DNA of 64,000 bases, from the IMG/VR virus record IMGVR_UViG_3300029923_000015, positions 1 through 64,000 of that record. One strand, given 5' to 3'. The notes below the pieces were generated by a model. That model was not told the origin of the DNA, did not search any database, and saw only the letters and a program-made list of their open reading frames with translations. Below, in pieces: positions 59,141 through 64,000 of the stretch (positions within the stretch are counted from its first letter, which is position 1; every line of letters begins with the position of its first letter). A program made the position numbers and the translations under genes. Origin of the DNA: a virus.

Positions 59141-62100
59141 TGAAACATTGTATAAATATTCGCTTGAAAGAGTTTCAGGCACTTACAGAACAAACTAATA
59201 TGCATCCAATGGTACTTGCTGCCAAGATGGGTGTATATATGGAAAAGAATAATACTACTGAATGGCCTACATTAGAGCAAATAGAATCTATAATTTTATC
59301 TGAAAAATCATTTGACGAACAATTATCTCAATATGAAAAAGATTATGAATTATATCAGACAAAATTAAGATTTGACGAAAAGCCTACACACCCAATGTCC
59401 GAAGAAGAGGCTGATAGTGAGTTTAATGAGTTTAGTATTATATTTCCAGAGTCGGCGTTATCTATAGTTCCATTCGAAACACTTAAAACCATAAATGGAG
59501 AAACTGCGTATAGAATAGATATTAATTTAGATAAGCCAATAAAACCAGTTAAAAGTAAAATAGAGTTATCTAAAGAAGAAGAATTAACTGCTGATCAGAT
59601 ATCTGAAAATGCATTAAAAGAACAAGAGGAAAAAGATTCCCAATTAAGTATAAACTTACAAAAGAAGAATCAAATATTTGATATGTATGAAGGTACTTCT
59701 AAGGCTGAGTCTGCATTAGGAGAAGACAAACCAGGTACATTTACTAAAGATGAAACTGAATTAGACAAAAGAACTGAGAAAGAGTTAAAGAAATTAAAAA
59801 AGGTCCAACGTAGAACTCAAGCAGTTTTACATATGTTAGCTACTAATATAGGTAAAAGAACTGGTGTTAGTTTTAAAGTAGTTACAGATTCTGAGATGCA
59901 AGAGATATTTCCATGGTTTCAGTCTGGAGATCTTGGAGCATATGATGATACTAGTAATACCGCATATATAGTAAGTAATAATGCAGATGAAACTACTGTT
60001 GTTCACGAATTATTTAGTCACCCATTTCTAGATTATATAAAATCAGTACTATCCTTAAAGTCTATATATGAAAATCTGCTTTTTGAAGCAAAGGCTACAG
60101 AAGGATTAGAAGAAAATGTACGTGAGACATATAAATCTGAGAATATTGATGAAGATGCAATGAACGATGAGATCGTTGCAAGAGCTTTAGATATGGCAGT
60201 TCAGGGCATTTTGAATGAAGAACGACATAAAACACTTATAGATGCCATTAAAGCCTATTTTAAGGCGTTTACAGACACTATTAAGGAGGCTCTGGGCATT
60301 CGTTCCGGTCTAGTGTTTACTATCAATGAGAAGACTACAATTAGCGAATTAGCTAAGTGGGCTTTAAATGGCGAAGGACAAATGAGGGTACTTGGAGACC
60401 TAAATGAAAGAGAAAGTATAGTTGAGTCATTAGATATTATATTTACTGACAAAGGCGAATCTAAATTTGATGAATTATATAAAGGAATGACTATAGATCA
60501 GTTTATAGATAGTTTTGATGTTAATTCTAAAGATTCTGAATTGCTTAAAAATTGGATGTACGAACATAATCCAGCTAATATAGACGATTTAGTTAGGGGG
60601 GTATTGTCTGATTTAAATAGAGAGGAGGTATTAATAGATAAAAAAGGTTTTGTCTCATTACAAAAGAAAATATTTTGGAAACCAGGAGATATGACTGAAA
60701 ATGCTATTAAAGCAAAAGAGTTTTATGTCCATGGATTAAAATCTAGAGCCGCAATATTAAAGAAAAGTAAGGCTTTAACTAGATCGCAAAGAGATGAATT
60801 CGATAAAGTAATTAATGAAATAGAAAATTCGGACGAAGTGGTTGCGGCAATGAAATTTGTTGAATACGCAATGCAAGAAGGATTGTCTACTGAGAAGGAG
60901 TTGAAAGAAATGACAACGAAAATGAAAGTTGGAGATGATATTGATGCAAATAGATTAATTTCTATTTATAATGACTTTCTTAAAATGTTTGATCAGTCGA
61001 TTAAGAATATTTCAGTAATAAATAATAACGAAGATAGTATAATAAATAAATATGCTAGCAAAACTAAACTTAAGGAGTTTAAAGAAAACTTAAATTCAGT
61101 AAAGGAAGCATTTCAAAATTTAGATGAATTATTTCAGCCATTATTTGAATATAAATACAGGAATAAGCTACAGGAAATAGCAGCTACTGCAGGATCTCCT
61201 ACTATGGATATGGTAGTTGAGGATTTGTATAATTCAGAAAGAGATGTTACCTGGATGTCTACATTTGTAGGGAGCCCATCTATGTCTAGAGTTGAGCAAA
61301 TCAGAGCGTTAGATTTTTTACTTACTAACATAAATAATCAAGTAAGACATGATGTGAGTAATTCTGGATGGATATCTAAATTATCTATATTATCTAAAAA
61401 GATGGCTGGTACTAATCCATATGTTAGTTTTATGAGTTTTTACGAGCATCACGAAGGTAAAGCTACTGGATTTTTACTGTCTAAACTTAAATATGGCGTC
61501 TTCTTAAAGGATTATAATAAATTTATGGACGAACTCGCTGAAGAGTTTGACCTTAATAATACATATGAATCACCACTAGATCCAGTAGAGTATAAAAAGT
61601 TTATAGAGAAAAAGGATAAGTTTTTAGAAGAACATGCCGAGAGGATGTTTACTCCAGAATATTATAATTTAAAACACTCATTGTCTCCTATGACTAGTGA
61701 AGTTTTAGATGATTCAAATAAGTCGATTCGCGCCATAACTGATAAATATATAAATGAGTTTGGAGTTCCAGATGCATTTAATATGACGTTAGAGGATAGT
61801 GAGAGATTATTTACACTAAGGAAAGAAAAAGAATTTCTTTCGTCTGATAAATACCAAGGAACTGGACTCCCTAAATTTGGAAGAGATCTGGAGATAGCAA
61901 ATGAATTAAAATCATATAATGAGAATATGAAGGGTAAATTAGATTATCACACTAATAAAACCAAATTTAATCAAGCTAAATCTATTATGAAATCTACATT
62001 GGCTCCAGAAGAGTATATGAGATGGGTGCAAGCAAATACTAAAGTAGAATATGAGCAGTCATTTTGGGACGATTTAGCTTCTTTAGAAAAAGAAAATCAA

Positions 62101-64000
62101 ACTCCACAATGGCAAGCTTTATATGATCAAAAACAAGCTATATTAAAATCATTCAGAGACACTAATACAATGGAGATTAGAGTTAACCGAATGGAAGCAT
62201 CTAGAATTGGCCTAAAATCAGTAAAAGAATGGATTGATAGTGCTGATTCCATGTTAAGCAAATATAAAAATCAATCTAAAAACAAAAATGCTAGACAGTT
62301 TGGTAGTATCGCTGACATGGTGAAGACTAAGGCGTATCTTGCTGAAAATGCAAAATATACTGAAATGGCATTAGGAAATTCTATCGAGCAAAAAATATCT
62401 GAAGAATGGTTTGCAGAAAATCATACTGTTAGAAGTGATGGTGTTTCATTAGTACCTAAAGGATATTGGATGAAAATAGAACCTAAAGATAAATCTTTAA
62501 TAAAAAGAGACGTCCCTAATGCTTCTTGGTCTGAGCTAGATGAGAATTCTATCTTCTATAACAACAAGTATGAAAAAGATATGTCTGATTACGGGTTGCA
62601 ACCTAACAAAATATTATACGATAACTCTTCTGAATTCAATAAAATGATGAGTTCTTCAGATAAGGCAGAATTCTATAATACTATTATTGAAATGAGGAAA
62701 GAAGCTGATTCTATGCTTGATTTTATAGAGAGGCCAAATCCATTACTTATGCCACAGATATCTGGTAATAGCGTTCGTAGAATGTTTTCTGAGAATAATT
62801 TACTAAAAGGTATATGGAATGAAATAAAAGACATATTTGCAGTTAGATCAGATGAGTCTGAATATGGTGGAGATGTAGATAAATTATTTAGGCCAGATAG
62901 CTCTATAGTAAAAAATATCCCTGTATTTTATAGGAAGATGCTTGATAACCCATCTGCTATTTCAAAAGATATGATACATATATATACTTTGTATTATACT
63001 ATGGCTGCTAATTATAAGAGACAGAATGAAAATCATGCTGATGTACAAGTATTATTAGAAGGCCTGAATAGGACTTCCGCCTCAAATAAAACATTGTTTA
63101 ATAAGATTGGTGGAGCAATAAAAAATAAAGGTTTAGATAGATCTGATTTAGAGACTACTAAAGCTGGCGAAACTAATATAATTAAACGAGCTAGAGGAAT
63201 GGTTGATAGGTCTATGTACGGTATAAACTCAAATAGAATGACGGCCTCCTTGAACTTCGCTGACTGGAGGCGGAGTATAGGAATATTTAAAGTTTTATTA
63301 CCAAATTCAAATATTAAGATAGATATAGCTAAACCTTTTAAAAGTATGCTATCTTGGTTTAGAATGATAAACCTTGCATACAATCCACTAGCTATTGTAG
63401 CTAATTATGCTACTGCAGAGATAAATATGAAGATTGAAGCCGAGATTGGATTAAATATGAATGAAAAGGACTTGTGGAATGCAAATATAGAACTAATTAA
63501 AATTTTACCTGAAGCATTGATGAGTCTTACTAGAAGAAGATTTAATAATAAAGTGGTTGCCTTGACTAGATTGTATGGAGTTGCTGGGTCAGAAGCGGAA
63601 TCTACTAAAGATACATATGGATTACAATTAGCCCAATTTACAGGAGAACATATAATGTATGGTCCATATACAGCAGGTGACTTCTTAGTTAAATCTAGAA
63701 TGCTTATAGCAGTATTAAAAGGGTATAAATTAGATGGAGATACATATGTAAATAGGAATGAATTTATTACTAAATTTATGTCTACAACTCCAGGATCTAA
63801 CAGAAAGGATGCTATTGAATTTTTTAATGCATTACCAACTAATCTATATGACTCATTTATAATTGATAAGAAAAGTGGTCAATTATCAGTAGACCCAAAA
63901 TACAAAGCGTTTGTTACTCAAGAAGTAATGAATAAGTCTAATATGGTTGCAGAAAGATTAGCTGCTAAATTAGATGGTGTTCTCGTATCTTCAGATAGAA
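59140..64000 (+). CDS. giant virion cargo protein, 3'-truncated by the window (not in ORF track)
   Basis: TAATG coupling at 59138-59142; MKHCINIRLKEFQAL...; frame spot-checked, still open at the window end; VHELFSHPF zincin-like motif at 60004-60021. Confidence 0.85.
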   Translation, partial: MKHCINIRLKEFQALTEQTNMHPMVLAAKMGVYMEKNNTTEWPTLEQIESIILSEKSFDEQLSQYEKDYELYQTKLRFDEKPTHPMSEEEADSEFNEFSIIFPESALSIVPFETLKTINGETAYRIDINLDKPIKPVKSKIELSKEEELTADQISENALKEQEEKDSQLSINLQKKNQIFDMYEGTSKAESALGEDKPGTFTKDETELDKRTEKELKKLKKVQRRTQAVLHMLATNIGKRTGVSFKVVTDSEMQEIFPWFQSGDLGAYDDTSNTAYIVSNNADETTVVHELFSHPFLDYIKSVLSLKSIYENLLFEAKATEGLEENVRETYKSENIDEDAMNDEIVARALDMAVQGILNEERHKTLIDAIKAYFKAFTDTIKEALGIRSGLVFTINEKTTISELAKWALNGEGQMRVLGDLNERESIVESLDIIFTDKGESKFDELYKGMTIDQFIDSFDVNSKDSELLKNWMYEHNPANIDDLVRGVLSDLNREEVLIDKKGFVSLQKKIFWKPGDMTENAIKAKEFYVHGLKSRAAILKKSKALTRSQRDEFDKVINEIENSDEVVAAMKFVEYAMQEGLSTEKELKEMTTKMKVGDDIDANRLISIYNDFLKMFDQSIKNISVINNNEDSIINKYASKTKLKEFKENLNSVKEAFQNLDELFQPLFEYKYRNKLQEIAATAGSPTMDMVVEDLYNSERDVTWMSTFVGSPSMSRVEQIRALDFLLTNINNQVRHDVSNSGWISKLSILSKKMAGTNPYVSFMSFYEHHEGKATGFLLSKLKYGVFLKDYNKFMDELAEEFDLNNTYESPLDPVEYKKFIEKKDKFLEEHAERMFTPEYYNLKHSLSPMTSEVLDDSNKSIRAITDKYINEFGVPDAFNMTLEDSERLFTLRKEKEFLSSDKYQGTGLPKFGRDLEIANELKSYNENMKGKLDYHTNKTKFNQAKSIMKSTLAPEEYMRWVQANTKVEYEQSFWDDLASLEKENQTPQWQALYDQKQAILKSFRDTNTMEIRVNRMEASRIGLKSVKEWIDSADSMLSKYKNQSKNKNARQFGSIADMVKTKAYLAENAKYTEMALGNSIEQKISEEWFAENHTVRSDGVSLVPKGYWMKIEPKDKSLIKRDVPNASWSELDENSIFYNNKYEKDMSDYGLQPNKILYDNSSEFNKMMSSSDKAEFYNTIIEMRKEADSMLDFIERPNPLLMPQISGNSVRRMFSENNLLKGIWNEIKDIFAVRSDESEYGGDVDKLFRPDSSIVKNIPVFYRKMLDNPSAISKDMIHIYTLYYTMAANYKRQNENHADVQVLLEGLNRTSASNKTLFNKIGGAIKNKGLDRSDLETTKAGETNIIKRARGMVDRSMYGINSNRMTASLNFADWRRSIGIFKVLLPNSNIKIDIAKPFKSMLSWFRMINLAYNPLAIVANYATAEINMKIEAEIGLNMNEKDLWNANIELIKILPEALMSLTRRRFNNKVVALTRLYGVAGSEAESTKDTYGLQLAQFTGEHIMYGPYTAGDFLVKSRMLIAVLKGYKLDGDTYVNRNEFITKFMSTTPGSNRKDAIEFFNALPTNLYDSFIIDKKSGQLSVDPKYKAFVTQEVMNKSNMVAERLAAKLDGVLVSSDR

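Noticed and set aside
3160-63383. Numerous minus-strand ORFs in the track opposite the long plus-strand genes (e.g. 13268-13696, 50248-50916, 63033-63383)
   Set aside because: They are antisense shadows of well-supported genes, Ser/Leu/Phe-rich, with no motifs or leaders.
1-64000. tRNA, rRNA, CRISPR array, integrase or transposase
   Set aside because: None recognised by eye; a tRNAscan-SE/Infernal run would be needed to exclude atypical tRNAs.

Overview
This window is about 64 kb of an AT-rich crAss-like (Crassvirales, probably Bacteroidota-infecting) phage genome, read in the standard genetic code. Positions 1-2.6 kb are the start of a minus-strand block of small genes separated by long hairpins. 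Positions 2.65-3.25 kb are a non-coding strand-switch region with a 52-bp A-tract tandem repeat, a promoter-like motif (ACAAC-N14-TACGTTTATATA) and a candidate ~370-nt highly structured ncRNA. The rest is one plus-strand block. It begins with small accessory genes (GroES-like, RNase HI, HU-like, degenerate dUTPase, two PD-(D/E)XK nucleases). Next is a terminase large subunit interrupted by a LAGLIDADG intein and, 10 nt downstream, an ORF-less group I intron. Portal, a transglycosylase-like gene, a scaffold-like gene and the major capsid protein follow, then an inserted five-gene module of unknown function. After that come head/neck genes, tail-fibre genes with circularly permuted Fib_succ_major domains, a lysis cassette, tail ring and split muzzle genes, and cargo genes. 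The block ends with a 4566-aa virion RNA polymerase polyprotein and a further giant ORF running off the right edge. All assignments come from motif recognition and hand base-pairing; no database searches were run.
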